Shown here: one piece after another, positions 1 to 12,193 of the stretch
Layout: every line of letters starts with the position of its first letter
Position numbering within the stretch: the stretch's first letter is position 1
Assembly (NCBI GenBank): GCA_905178155.1
Contig: CAJINV010000009.1
Coordinates: forward strand, 1,856,882-1,920,881
Source of the DNA: Amoebophrya sp. A120
Taxonomy: Eukaryota; Protista; Dinoflagellata
Direction of reading: 5' to 3'
Length of the DNA: 64,000 nt
Made by a program: the position numbers and the translations under genes
The notes under the pieces: model-generated
Databases searched by the model: none
Told to the model about the DNA's origin: nothing
What the model saw: only the letters and a program-made list of their open reading frames with translations

Positions 1-78
1 GGGTTGCGGAGGGTTGCGGAGGGTTGCGGAGGGTTGCGGAGGGTTGCGGAGGGTTGCGGTGGGTTGCGGTGGGTTGCA
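1..78 (+). repeat. 10-bp tandem repeat GGGTTGCGG(A/T), about 8 copies, truncated by the window edge
   Basis: GGGTTGCGGA x5, GGGTTGCGGT x2, then GGGTTGCA, followed by a very AT-rich tract. Confidence 0.95.
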
Positions 79-402
79 GATTTCTGGTGTGTATATTATA
101 GAACTACTTTATTTTTTTATTTTATATTATATACTAAATAATTAATATTTATAACTATAATAGAAATAATATTAATATGTAGTACTATATGTGTATGCAT
201 ATATGCGGGGGGGGGAAGAGGTTCGTCCGCGCGCGGAATTCGTTTTTTTTCGTTTTTTTCAAAATTGAGGAACACACCGGGGATCCAATTCGTTGCAGTT
301 CTTGCACAAGTAGGGAAAAAATGCAAATCACGATCCTACTGCTGCTATTTGCTCTCATACCAACAACAAACAATGAAAGAACGAAGCAATTTATTAAACC
401 TT

Positions 403-1020
403 TTGAAAGTCTGCTTCATCAAGGTCACCGTGATAGATGCGAGACCAGGATGCGCGCACGATCATTCACGTTAGAATTTTTATGGAGAATTTGATTAATG
501 CAAAATGAAAATTGAGTGATGCCATGCTCGTGGTCTGCAGCTGATTTCTCTGATGATCCTGAGTATATTCACACGAAATTACCGAAGCTGGTTTGTGAAA
601 AAGCTGCGCGAAAAACATGTTATGTGACATTGTGTAACGACATATCAGAAAATATTTGAAAAAGTTGGTGTGGAGCGGAATTTGTTTTGTGGAAGATGGT
701 GACTCATTTATGCTTTATGGTCGAGATCGTTCAGAAGATAGAGATAGAGTGCGCGATGTTATTCCTGGTAGATGTAGTTTAAGGCAAGTTGCAGGCATCT
801 CTTTGACGACCACGCCGCGGCGGCATCAAAGGAAAGCTTTGGCTGCTCATAGAGCGCGATTTCTCTGCGAAAGACCGTTCACAGGAGTTAAAAAGGTAAT
901 CGTGATGGTGATGTGAGGAAAAAAAAGAAGGATTGGACGCTGGTTTTCTTTTTCTTATACATACAGTTCTTTTGCTTGATTATGTAATCTCAGTTGTGGT
1001 TGGGTGAAACGTGGCTGGGT
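403..1020. repeat. Diverged non-coding duplication, copy 1
   Basis: Collinear blocks shared with 2523-2995: TGAAAGTCTGCTTCATC, GCGAGACCAGGATG, AATATTTGAA, GGAATTTGTTTT-TGGAAGATG, TTTATGCTTTATG, GATGTGAGGAAAAA, TAATCTCAGT, AAACGTGG. Confidence 0.85.
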
Positions 1021-1107
1021 CAAAACAAGCATGATTTTCCACCGGCGCAGCAGTTTTTTCTTGTTCCTGGTGCGGATCCGCAGCGGTACGACAGGAGTCG
1101 GCGACTC

Positions 1108-1809
1108 TCACGCTTCTTTGCCCGCCCCCTTGACCCAGCGCCCGTGACCGACATGAGTCCACGTTGACGACGTCTGCTTTCGCTCCAGCATGGCCGCCGC
1201 CTCAGTCGCGTCTTGCTCCTCATACCAGTCCAGTAGATCATCGTCCAGGCGGCCACCGGAAGCATGATCCGTCAGTTGTTCCACAAAGTCGATGAGGTCC
1301 GGAGCGCGCGGCTCAACAGACAACAGCATCAACAAATACTCCACGAAGTAAAGGAAGAGGCAAGCGAGCAGGAAACCGTAAAAAACGAGCACCAGAGCAA
1401 CCGCCGTACAAAACGGATTGAAGGATCCACCGCAATGCTGGTTGTCCTCCTCCTTAGTCGCGCCGCCAAGGACCAACCGCAGGGACACAGCAGCGGCGAT
1501 TTCCGCAGTCGAGGCATCAACGTCGAGAGGAGCACAGGAGGTGTTCTCGTTTTTGGCATCCAGGTGGAGTGGCGGTTTCATCTCATCGCCATCGCTGGTA
1601 GCATGCGCGATGTCCTTGCCGGCCGTCGGGCAGAATTTCTCCTCAAAACTGCTTTCATCTTCCGGCTCGCTCTCCGTACTGTCCACCATGGAATAATTGG
1701 GAACGCCAAACGGCAAAGTTTCTTCTTTTTCGGTGTAGATGGTTTCCGAAGTCAGGTGTCCTTCCATCTCTTCGAAAGAGATGGGCTTTGTAGCGTGGAG
1801 GACCACCAT
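1108..1809 (-). CDS. Hypothetical acidic membrane protein (233 aa)
   Basis: ATG ORF with acidic N- and C-terminal regions and a long hydrophobic segment AVALVLVFYGFLLACLFLYFVEYLLMLL. Confidence 0.65.
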   Translation of the reverse strand: MVVLHATKPISFEEMEGHLTSETIYTEKEETLPFGVPNYSMVDSTESEPEDESSFEEKFCPTAGKDIAHATSDGDEMKPPLHLDAKNENTSCAPLDVDASTAEIAAAVSLRLVLGGATKEEDNQHCGGSFNPFCTAVALVLVFYGFLLACLFLYFVEYLLMLLSVEPRAPDLIDFVEQLTDHASGGRLDDDLLDWYEEQDATEAAAMLERKQTSSTWTHVGHGRWVKGAGKEA

Positions 1810-2522
1810 TTTGCGAGTTTTTTTCTTCGATTGGTTGCGGGAAAAACGTTGTTTACGAGGAAGGAGCTACAGCTCAACTTCTTGAAAATCAAGTAAGTAA
1901 AGTGAAAGGGTGCGTCGAGAATGATCCTACAAGGCTGCAACTCTTGAAATTATCTTTTCCCTGTTGTGATCATTGATTGAAGCGGTTTCCTACGAGGTAT
2001 CTTTGAGTTTGATGGCGATCACAGGAGATGGAAGCGTTAACTATACTCAATACATGTGTTTTGGTCACCAAATTGCACAAACAACAAAAACGAAACGACA
2101 ACACAGCGGATCTGTGAGTCAACGCACAAAAGTCCGAACGCAACGAAAGAGATGTACGAAATAAACGGTGTCGCCACCAGGCAGGCTAAACGACGGAGAC
2201 GCACGAACGGAACGACAATTACGAGTGACTGCACGCTGCGAGCATGCTCGATTACGGTGCAATACGAACGATACAGCAACAAAACTAAGTAGCACCAGAA
2301 GTTGTGCGGTTAATATGTCAACACGACCACGGACGACTCAACTTCATGTTCATAGATTTCGGACGACCAAAATAAAGTAAAAACGAACAAGATCTTCACT
2401 AGCTCTGTTCGTTGTCACGACGAGGCAAGGCTCTGGCTTTCTGGGCTCTATTTTTTTGTGTTTTTCACTTTTTTGGTAATGCCTCATAGTCATCGTGTTT
2501 GATTTCTAGTATTTCTGGCTCA

Positions 2523-2995
2523 TGAAAGTCTGCTTCATCTTCAAGGTCGTCGGGTTGCGAGACCAGGATGAGCGCATGATGATGCTTCCATTTTTTAAGA
2601 GAGCACAAGAGCTGTCGCAGTTCCGGTTTTTTCAGTGCTTCTTGTTCATCTGGTGCAAGAGGGGACTTTTATCGAAATAGCGCTAGGGAAAAAAGGTGAG
2701 TAAACACGTTCCCACCTCGACGCATAAATGACATATCACAAATAAATATTTGAAGAGCTTGGTGTGAAACGGAATTTGTTTTCTGGAAGATGATGATTCG
2801 TTTATGCTTTATGCTCTGCGAACGTACGTTGAAAAAAACGAAAACCCGATCACATGTGTTAAAAGTAATCGCGATGTGAGGAAAAACAGCAAGGACGAGG
2901 TCAATGTATCTTACAGAGTCTTTTTGCTTGCTTCTAAATATATATCAATCTAATCTCAGTGGTTGAAATGGAAATAAAACGTGGTTAGGTGGGTG
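2523..2995. repeat. Diverged non-coding duplication, copy 2
   Basis: Same collinear blocks as 403-1020, about 2.0-2.1 kb downstream. Confidence 0.85.
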
Positions 2996-3980
2996 GTTTG
3001 CCACCGCAGCAGGACGCTCCTCTCCGCGCTAAAACCGCGCCGAGGGGGGCACATAGATAGAAATGCTGCAATATAACTTTACACGGGTTCCACTTCCTGC
3101 TTCGAGCTACAACCGCTCCAAACGGGAAAAGAGAACGAGCAAAAGTCAGGCGATCCCGATTCGCAGCTGGCAATGAATTTCGCGGTCCATTCTGTAAAAC
3201 GCTCAAGTAGAAGTCGATGATCTCCAATCCAAGACCGATTGGTCTCCCATCACTGCGCTTCCCAGAACTGAGAGCTGGTCTTCATCAACATCAGGAAGCA
3301 TTTGGCAGCCCGCCGCTGCTCGTCTGGTTCTCGACCGATGTTCTTGTCAGGATGATATTTCAGCTGCAGCCTACGAAACTCCTTCTTCCTGCTCTCCGGG
3401 GAGTCTGTTGAGGTGTAAAAATCGTTCTTGGAAGTTGAGTCATGTTGATCGCAATCGGGCTAAAAAGTGCTAGTGTGTACTTGCTATGCTGGATATGACA
3501 TCACGGAGAACGACCAGAAGAGGCTTCTTGTGCTAACCCAAACAAAGTGGGCTCTTGTACGAATATGTACCTAGCACACGAATAATTTTGAACTCAATTT
3601 AAACGCTAATTACGTTGATATACCTAGGGACATCAGGCCACCGATTTCCGCCAGAACCGTTAGTAGCTCTTCGTCATCCTTCTCTTGCTTTCCCTGGTCC
3701 ATGAAGCCTCCTAGTACCTCGTCGGCTTCAGCCTCTTCTTTCTTCTTGTTGTATTTTGACCAGTTTTCGCCGGTGCGACGAGCGCGCTCTTCAACAAAGT
3801 TTTCGAAGTGTGCCTGAGGTCATGTTGCGAATGAAATTGAAAATCTGACATAACAATGCCAATGGCAATGTCTGATTTGTTCTTCATACGCATGGTAGTC
3901 CCTCTGAAGATGAAGATTCTGAATACGATTTCCATTTCTTTCCTTTCTTTTTCTTTCCATGTGAAAATAAAAAAGAAGCA

Positions 3981-4265
3981 CTATAAAAGCACCTTGCGGT
4001 CGGCCTTAGAGCGCAGGTTCTGACTCTCTCTTTTCGCCTTCTTCTTTTCAGAAGATGCTGGGCAGGAGCTAGCAGAACGGTCGTCCGGGGGGGCGGCAGG
4101 GACTCCGTCGCATTCAGCCCCATTGTCGGCGTGAGTGTTCGTGGCGCCGCCCTTTTTCCTGGTGTTGGTCATCCGCTTTGGTTTCTTCTTTCCTCTTGGT
4201 TTTTTCGGCTCATCCTTGTGGTGGACCTCGTCCAGCGCGAAGTTGGGAACAGGAACAGCTAGCAT
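3981..4265 (-). CDS. Lys-rich hypothetical protein or exon; may continue into 3711-3960
   Basis: 94-aa basic low-complexity ORF with no recognisable domain. Confidence 0.35.
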   Translation of the reverse strand: MLAVPVPNFALDEVHHKDEPKKPRGKKKPKRMTNTRKKGGATNTHADNGAECDGVPAAPPDDRSASSCPASSEKKKAKRESQNLRSKADRKVLL

Positions 4266-5504
4266 CTACTTCGTTTGTTTACTTCGTGACATCTACATCT
4301 ACTTCGTTTGTTTACTTCTTTTGTTTCGTACATAGCTTCAGCCTGTATCCATGGCGGACGAAACAGAGACTGACGACGTTATATGATGAACGAAAACTTC
4401 TACAGAACGATGACGAAGGACGACAATCATGTGGACGAGCGCGAATCTGCGATAAGTGATGGTATACGGCACTCCGGCTGTACTTTCTTGTAGTATCACA
4501 TATCTATCAAGTACTTACGATTGAAAAAAAGATATACGGCGAACGAAACACAAGAACAACTCAGGAATGGAGACCCAAATCAACGACCCTACTTCACTAC
4601 GTGCCGAAACCTCGATCACAATCAGACGGAAACATGATTGCAATTCGACGAATAAACATGCAATGCACATGCGATGCTTCCGAATGATCAAAACATCACT
4701 AAAAATTTCTATTCTACTCTAATTCCAAATCAAACCCGCCAAAATTTGAAATTTTATTTTTATTGAATATAATATGTGAAACTTGTGTAGTGCGTTAGAA
4801 TCTTATATATTCATGTTCGTTGCATTATGGCGTTTCAGATATCCCCACGAAGGAACATCTCTAACCTATCCTATATTCGCGAAAATTTAAAATTTTAATT
4901 GCAACACATAACGACCACCATCAGTCAGCTGGTTCACGTTGTACACAATTTTCATACATTTGCACTTCTCGGTGACATTCGCTCAGATCATGCATCCCTT
5001 GAATTCGAGTCATCTCAATCAGGGTAAATCGGTCTTGTCTTGAAGAGTTTCACGCCCATATATCCACGCAAACTGCGGCGTGAACTCGTGATAAAGGCAC
5101 GCTGCGCAGCCCCACACTTAGTTCCCGTTCGACAACGCGATCGCGACTTCGCGAAAGAAATAGCGCACGACGCACGAGGACGAGAACAAAACTCGATGGG
5201 CGAGGCAAACCAAGAAGATGAATCGGAACAGCGAGTAACCTAATACCCATGGAACACACGACCAAGGTCGATGAGCTCAGGTTGCCTTCTCCTGCATTCC
5301 GTTTGGTTTTTGTTTTGTCTTCTAAATGTGCCACGAGCGACCACTTCTGACGCTTAATATTTTGCGATGGACAACTAGCGATGTAGAAGTTGTGGCTATG
5401 CACAGCTTCTTATTTTGCGATTCACTTATTCATTCATCCAATAGATGCAATAATCACCAGGACCAGCTCCAGCACGACGGCAGTTTATTATTTGCCTTCT
5501 GTGA

Positions 5505-7475
5505 TCAGCGAGTAGAACAAGCTGCAAATAGTTTCTTGTAGACACGCATCGTAGCACGCGCGTCGACGACCGAATCGTGCTGCCCTGACTGGATCTGCTC
5601 GCCGAGCTCATCTGCAGTGATTGACTGCAGACTCCGATTCTTTGCTCCCGGTGTTTTCCTCGCATACAAAATTTGTGTGTCTGCAACGGGAAAATCAACG
5701 GCACCACGGTTCGCTGGAACGGACTCCGAAGTTCTGTTCGCAGACGACACGAACGCTTCTGGCAAGAAGTTCATCGGAATTCGCAGCACGTAGTGGTGTT
5801 CCGCTCGACCCCCCTGGGCAGCAGTTCGGGTTCTCGTATTCATGTCGCTTTGGTCTGAATTTGTACCTGCCATCGTAGCATTGTTGGATGGCTGCAGCTC
5901 GGAAGTCCCAGCACTCTTTCCGAGTTGTAGTTTAGCAAAGCCAGCATGGCCCTTGTTATTTCCGGAAGAAAGCACTTTTGCATAGTATTTCTGCTTTTTC
6001 GCGGTAGATTTTGAAAGAAACTTCGACTGTTCCTGTCCCCTTGTCCCATCTGAAGCAGCCACCTGCCTCTCCGCTCCGATATCAGCACTAGGGTCGAGAG
6101 CACCATTATCTCTTGCAACATCTTCTATCTTGTTGCCCCCAACCCATTCAAACGGAAACTCCAGGGCCGCCAAGTCGTTCTTGACAGCGTGCCCGATCAA
6201 AAGCACATTCTTGCTGGAGGTGCCATGATGCTCCTGGTGCTTCCATTTCGACCCACTTGTAGGAGCGCAGCTCGTCGCTAGGATTTCCGCAACTCTTCGC
6301 TGGACCTGCTTCATCGACATGGAGCCGCGCTGGGCAAAGGAGTCCCGGGTTAGGCCTGTGATTTCCGTGCGGTAGTCCGCAATGAGGTCGAAATCGTTTC
6401 CGGGCGGCCGCACAAGCGTGTCCAAAAGGCAATGCAAGTCTTCCTGGACAATGGAAACGCGAGCGAGCAGATTTTTCCCCTGCTGATCTTCTACCATCTC
6501 ACAATCGAGCGCGACTAGCGTCGCCGCGTCTGCTCTTCGTCTATTGGTCTTTGCTTCGTTTCTTGCGTTGTTGAGCGTGCCCGTGACGCCAATTTTCATC
6601 GAGGTCGTCGCAGTCCGATTCGATCTGCCACTTTCTTCTGTCCTCGACGTCGATGACGTGCTGGTGGCGCCAAGCATCATCAATTTTCGAAAATTGTCGT
6701 GCCCAGCGCCAATTCCAAAAGGCACTGCTGGAAGAAGCGCGTCTTTATTTGCTTGTACCAGCGCTTTCGCAGAATCCGTGATTTGCTTTTCTGTCGTGGC
6801 CAGGTTTTTCTTCTGCACCTTCTTCATTCGCTGCACTGCTCCAGGTCCAGTCCCAGTCGCCGTTGGTCGCTTCGGCTCCTGCTTGCTTGGCTTTTTGGTT
6901 TCTTTGCCATTACGTCCATTCGTTGGCGGAGGTCGCTTGTGCTTGGCACTGGCAGCATTTTCTATCTCGTTACTTTTTTTCGCGTTCGCGTTCCTCAACT
7001 CCTTCTTCTTCTCCTTGCGATTGACTCTCTTGGCGGTTTGCTCGTTGCATTCGTTTCCCTTGTTCATCGCCGCCGCAGAGCCGGAAACTGCTGTCTTTTC
7101 ATTTCCTCCGTGCTGCCCCTTGGCTTTGTGCACTTCTACCGCGGCAGCGGAGTTTGTCTCCAACACTCGTGGTCTACCAGCATTTTTATTTGCGGAATCG
7201 GATGCAGCTGGAGCTGGAGATGGTGCTGCACTCGGTGTGGCGGTCTTAATCTTGTTGTGTTTGAATTTCATGTTCATCTTGCTGTGCTGCTTTTTGTCAT
7301 AACGCGCAGTGGTAGGCTTGCCTCTTTTAGCACTGCTATAACAATAACCCCCGGGAGCTGGTGTGCCATTTTTTGTCTTTGCAATCGCCTCTGAAGTTGC
7401 TGGCTTCGCATCACCCTCCCTCTTCTGGACGTTCACCGGGAGGCGGAGGCCGACCTTCATCACTTTGGACTTCAT
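5505..7475 (-). CDS. REXO4: DEDDh 3'-5' RNA exonuclease, Rex4/REXO4-like
   Basis: Motifs VALDCEMV, LARVSIV, DYRTEITGL, LIGHAVKNDL, IQSGQHDSVVDARATMRVY; Lys-rich N-terminus. Confidence 0.88.
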   Translation of the reverse strand: MKSKVMKVGLRLPVNVQKREGDAKPATSEAIAKTKNGTPAPGGYCYSSAKRGKPTTARYDKKQHSKMNMKFKHNKIKTATPSAAPSPAPAASDSANKNAGRPRVLETNSAAAVEVHKAKGQHGGNEKTAVSGSAAAMNKGNECNEQTAKRVNRKEKKKELRNANAKKSNEIENAASAKHKRPPPTNGRNGKETKKPSKQEPKRPTATGTGPGAVQRMKKVQKKNLATTEKQITDSAKALVQANKDALLPAVPFGIGAGHDNFRKLMMLGATSTSSTSRTEESGRSNRTATTSMKIGVTGTLNNARNEAKTNRRRADAATLVALDCEMVEDQQGKNLLARVSIVQEDLHCLLDTLVRPPGNDFDLIADYRTEITGLTRDSFAQRGSMSMKQVQRRVAEILATSCAPTSGSKWKHQEHHGTSSKNVLLIGHAVKNDLAALEFPFEWVGGNKIEDVARDNGALDPSADIGAERQVAASDGTRGQEQSKFLSKSTAKKQKYYAKVLSSGNNKGHAGFAKLQLGKSAGTSELQPSNNATMAGTNSDQSDMNTRTRTAAQGGRAEHHYVLRIPMNFLPEAFVSSANRTSESVPANRGAVDFPVADTQILYARKTPGAKNRSLQSITADELGEQIQSGQHDSVVDARATMRVYKKLFAACSTR

Positions 7476-8225
7476 GTTGATGCTTCCAATGGATTCGATT
7501 TCGACCTTTACTGTCGAATAAAGAGTAGATAAAATAAAGACTTCAGTAGCTGGTGCCTATTCGCTGAAAATCCGAAACTATTGCGTATCGATATGGTTTG
7601 AAGACGACAGAAAATTATTTACATCCATGTTTGGTATTGGTTCCCGTCGTGCTGCGCCTGGTGTCGACACGTAAAGATAGGACTAGGAGGTTGCATTCCT
7701 TTGCATTGCTTTTCGACAATTCTCGAAATGTGAAAAGGGATCCTGGCATTTTATTTTAGAATCGATTTCGATCCGACCTGTGGTCGCGGCACACGGGATC
7801 CGAAGTTTCCACTTTTTCGTCGATCCCCAGCGGGATCTTGATTTTTATCCGTTTCAAAGCTAGTCGATCGAAAATTCTATTCTATTCAGTACACTGATAA
7901 TCGTGCTCACCAACGCTGATCTTCTGGCTTATGATATTTAGTAGGAACTACTCGAACTACAGCGCCGCCATACTAGGCATAGCCTTCCAAAAGATCGGGT
8001 TAGGAACTGTCAGAAGAAGACGACCGGATGGGATTTCATTTATGGCGGCCCTGATAATCAAGGATAGATGATCGCTGTTGATGTCTTGGTCATAGATAAA
8101 GAAGAAGAACAGCTCAAGCACAGGAAATTTGCATACACACGAAAGAACAGATGCCACATGCACAAGCTGGAAACATGCTACACATTGAGAAAACCAATTT
8201 GTTTCCCGCCTACAGTCCCTTTACT

Positions 8226-9290
8226 TTAGTATTGGTAGTGCCGTTTTCTGTCCGCAAGAAAATCCTCTTGATCGAAAATTCCATCCCGCCACGGGTCCAC
8301 AGCCTTGTGCGCGCGCTGCGGCCTGGACCACGGATCATCGTCCACGACCATTTGGCCGGGGTCCTCTCCATCCGCTTCCGCAGCTCCTGGAGCCTCGTCC
8401 TGTGGGGCGGGGACAAGGTCGTTTCCCTTCTCGTCCAGAGTCCTCAGGCGAATCGGCTTCGTCAGCTCGTGTCCCTTCAGTGCGTTAGCCCGCTGCATCA
8501 GGGCGTAGTAGGTGCCCGGTTGAAACGGAAACTGCGGCCCGAGCCGCAGGTAGGTCGAGGGAAACTTCGCAGGCCCGCGGGAGAGCGTGTCTTGCGACAG
8601 AATTCGCTGATACAGGAAGCGCAAGCTGCTGACATCCGCCTCGACCCGCTGCTTCTGCTGCTGCAACCGCTGCAGGGAACTCTGGCACGCCGGGGAGGGG
8701 ATTTTCGAGGAAGCCCAAGAATCGCATCCCGTGCGGGCAGAGGTGCTGTTATCGTTTTTTCCACTTGTAGCGGATAAAGCTTTATTTCCGCGTGAAGATA
8801 CGCTGTCAGCACTGTCTAGCTGCAGCTCGAGCTTCGCCAGAAACTCCTTGATTTTCGATTGTGCGGTGGCTGGAATCTCGGGAAGGAGCGCAGATGTACC
8901 TCCGGAAGAGCTGCTACAACTGCTCATGCGCTCGGTTTCCTGGTTAGCGTCACTTTCAAGCCACACATCCAGCATCTCGCGCACCCGCGGGTGCGTGCGA
9001 AGGATCCTCCGTTCCATGGAATCACGGTCAAAGCTCTGGTGCAAACGCTGCCACAAAGCATCTCGGCGTCGCACACGCTGGATACTCGACCATGTCGCAC
9101 TCGCTGTCGGCGGATTCTTTCTCGACGGTGTTCCTGAGGCCGCGGTCAGCTTGATTTCGCTCAGCCCGGTCGCGCACTTTTGCAGCAGGGCTCTTGAAGA
9201 GGAGCTTGCGGTCACGACAGATGTCAGTTTTTCCGCCCAGCGTGCAGCGACGGAAGCGGACGTCGAAATAACGGGGCCTGTGGTTGGCAT
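8226..9290 (-). CDS. Hypothetical protein (354 aa), possibly mitochondrial
   Basis: ATG ORF with a Ser/Ala/Arg-rich N-terminus, a coiled coil, and a GC-rich C-terminal half that looks conserved. Confidence 0.7.
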   Translation of the reverse strand: MPTTGPVISTSASVAARWAEKLTSVVTASSSSRALLQKCATGLSEIKLTAASGTPSRKNPPTASATWSSIQRVRRRDALWQRLHQSFDRDSMERRILRTHPRVREMLDVWLESDANQETERMSSCSSSSGGTSALLPEIPATAQSKIKEFLAKLELQLDSADSVSSRGNKALSATSGKNDNSTSARTGCDSWASSKIPSPACQSSLQRLQQQKQRVEADVSSLRFLYQRILSQDTLSRGPAKFPSTYLRLGPQFPFQPGTYYALMQRANALKGHELTKPIRLRTLDEKGNDLVPAPQDEAPGAAEADGEDPGQMVVDDDPWSRPQRAHKAVDPWRDGIFDQEDFLADRKRHYQY

Positions 9291-10044
9291 CCCGATCGCA
9301 GGCCGAAGCGCTGACGTTCTTATCAGGAAAAAACAAGTAGAAGTAAGAACTCCTCCAGAACAAGATGTGCCCTCAAATGCAACTAATTCAGGTTCACTTT
9401 GACTTGTTCCACTTCGCGTCGTAGAAGTGCATTTTTCATGTAGTACCCACCACAGGGACGGTTGCTACACATCTCTTTCTCATGATGAGAGTTGGTCCTG
9501 ACGAGTGCAACACGGACCAAATCGAAGGCCAAGCATACCCTCTCAGGGCACGCGCAAGCGCAAAGGTAAGAGGAAGCCTACTTAATACACGGAAAATGCA
9601 ACCGTAACCGATTTCATGGACTACCATATCCACAGAATGATCTACTTACTTCCATCGATGAACCAGACGCCGCCTTTGTTTCTGCGCGACTTTTTGATCG
9701 TCATAGATACATATGCTGGCGTTTTTTCAGCCCCAGAACAAACTCAGACGGTGACTCAGACTCACTGCCATCCAGGGCGCCATTGATTTATCGTGGGAGT
9801 CTTTGTTCTCAAACTCACTGACCACACAGTGACAGTTAACAGATGAACAGGTAGCGCCCGTCCTGTGCTGCAAGGAGGCCAAGTAGGCCACTGTCCGGCT
9901 AACTTCTGTTTTCATCAACATCCTCATCGAAGAGCTCGTCCGTTGCTGTACTGACAGCAGCAACACTACTGACTTCATCATACGCGGTCTGAAACTGGCT
10001 ACCAGCCGCGTCACAGATTGATGCGGCAGGATGTAGCAACATGT

Positions 10045-11251
10045 TCACTCATCGAACCAACCGCCTCCTCCGCCATCACCGTCGCCGCCCCCGAACCAAG
10101 AGCTTTCCTCCTGGAAATAAGAGCCTCCGGCATCGTCCCCCGAAGCTGGTGGTGGGGACGGTGGCGCATCCGGTGGTGGTGTCTGTCCCTCCTGCGTGTG
10201 CGTGACCTGGAGATTTGTTCGATATTCATTTTCATGTTGTATCACAAGGTGGACAAGGACACTACACTACATGCCGATTTATGGAGCAGCTGCAGCTCGC
10301 CTTGCTGAAATCAGCCTCAGTAGAGGGAAAGTCGCGTCTATCGGATACAATAAGGTGGCTTCACAATCATAAAAATCTTTATCCCTGTTACCTCCATCGT
10401 TCGGGGTCCCATCACTGAGTCCATAGCCCGGTGCATCAGCGAGCTACCAAAGCCGAACGCCATGCCGTCAGCGATCGCGCCCATCAACCCGCCGCCCGCG
10501 CTCGGCGCGGCCGGAGCGGTCGTCTGCTGCTGCTGCGTCGCGAGAGGCTTGCTGGCGCCCAACGGCGTTACTTGGTTTGTTTGCGTATTCCACCAATAGG
10601 TTTTGCCACTGCCCGCCGGATCTTTTACCTACGAAAATATGCAAAAGATCGGCTTTCTTCTTCTTGTTCGTGGCTATACTGGGGTGATGCATTTTTAGTA
10701 TTTGCAGCTATCGTGTCAACCTGAATATAGAAAAACTACAAGCAACGAACTATGCTACAGTATCTTGTTCATAAGGTAGTTACTCAGGCAGTGGAAGCTG
10801 ACATCAAGGACATAGTAGACAACAAACTTCTCCTACAAGGACAAGGTACAAGGACACTAGCACTTTCACTTACTTCTTGCCATGGGTCCGCGGGGGGCGC
10901 CGCTGGTGGAGGTGGACTGGAAGGCGGCGGCGAGTCTGATTTTCGCGCGAAGCTCCGCTTGGAGATTTGATGAATATTGGTCGACAAAAGTCTATTCTCA
11001 AGATCCGTTGCGCGCACGTTGGATCTGCTGCAGGTTCCCCGCACGGCGAAATTGAGGCTTGTTGCGTCCGACTTTGCAGCAAGCGATGGTCGCGAACCTG
11101 GTACTAGAGCCATTTGATACCCACTTGATCTTCCATTCGATCGCGCGCCCTTTCGATCGAAGGCTGAAGAGGACGCACTTGGCGAAGCAGAACTGCAAAC
11201 GCTGGAGTAGCACCGCGCCATCGAAGTGGCTGAGCGAACGCAGCCGCTCAT
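10045..11251 (-). CDS. WW-domain plus CHCHD2/Mix17-like helix protein, 3 exons (11251-10874, 10628-10392, 10206-10045)
   Basis: GT-AG introns 10629-10873 and 10207-10391 join DPWQE|VKDPAGSGKTYWWNTQTNQVT (WW-like) and GMAFGFGSSLMHRAMDSVMG; presequence-like N-terminus. Confidence 0.8.
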
Positions 11252-12193
11252 TGCCGAATGTCTGCTGTTCTTGGCTATGATCATTTTTCGAACTACAACT
11301 TTACTCTTCTATAAAAAACTACAAGTTACTAGAGCTACTTGACTACTCCAACCTACTAGGTCCAAAGACCAGCGTCAGCAATTACGTATACCACAAAAAA
11401 ATCGAAGAGAGATGTCAGAATGTTCGATGACGTTGTTCTACTACACTAAAAAGGAGTTGAAGGCTACATGGAGGAGCCCTCATCTGAGTGATCTTCTCAA
11501 GCTACCAATTGTACCATCATCGCAAGATCGGGCACGGGGATAATAAATAACTAAGTAAATGATCAGGCTCTACAAACTAAAGCAGGGCACTCAAATCTTC
11601 TGGATCGATGTATGTCGCCTGGTGTGCCTGTTTCTTGTATTACCGCAGCATCGTCGTTTTACCCTTGATCTTGAAGGAAAAAGGAAACCGATGGATATAC
11701 CACGTATTTGTCTGATGTCAAAATTATGAAAAGGACACCAATGCTCATACATCCTCGTCAACGATCTTGGCGGGGCGGGAGTATCAAAACAAAAACCACC
11801 TCAACATCATGTGGAACACTTCATCTACTACAACTCATCTGTTGCCCAACAGGACTTTTACTTGAGGTTCCGCGGAAGCGGTGCCTGGGTCACTCGTTTT
11901 TATATTTACGCTGAAGTTAGAAACGCAGCCTGTACCTTGTTTGTCTGCATCATGCAGCTTTGCTTATGTCGTGTATGGGTTTACTTTTTGTTTTTTTTTG
12001 GCTTTCGGCGTTCGCGTTTTCAGACGCTGGACGACGCTCAGGTGCAACAGATCATGAAATGCTGACACCTTAGTTGCCGGTTCCTCGCCAATTTTCTTTT
12101 TGATTCGTTTGATTTTGAGTTGAAGTTGTTCTTGACACTGTGCTCATTTTCTACTGCACTCATGTGTTGAGTTCATGTCTACTTCACATGCTC

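Noticed and set aside
1-78. True chromosome-end telomere
   Set aside because: The G-rich strand has the wrong polarity for a left end, and whether the window begins at a contig end is unknown
4263-4318. 23-bp direct repeat CATCTACTTCGTTTGTTTACTTC
   Set aside because: Real, but it looks like a simple local slippage duplication with no element structure
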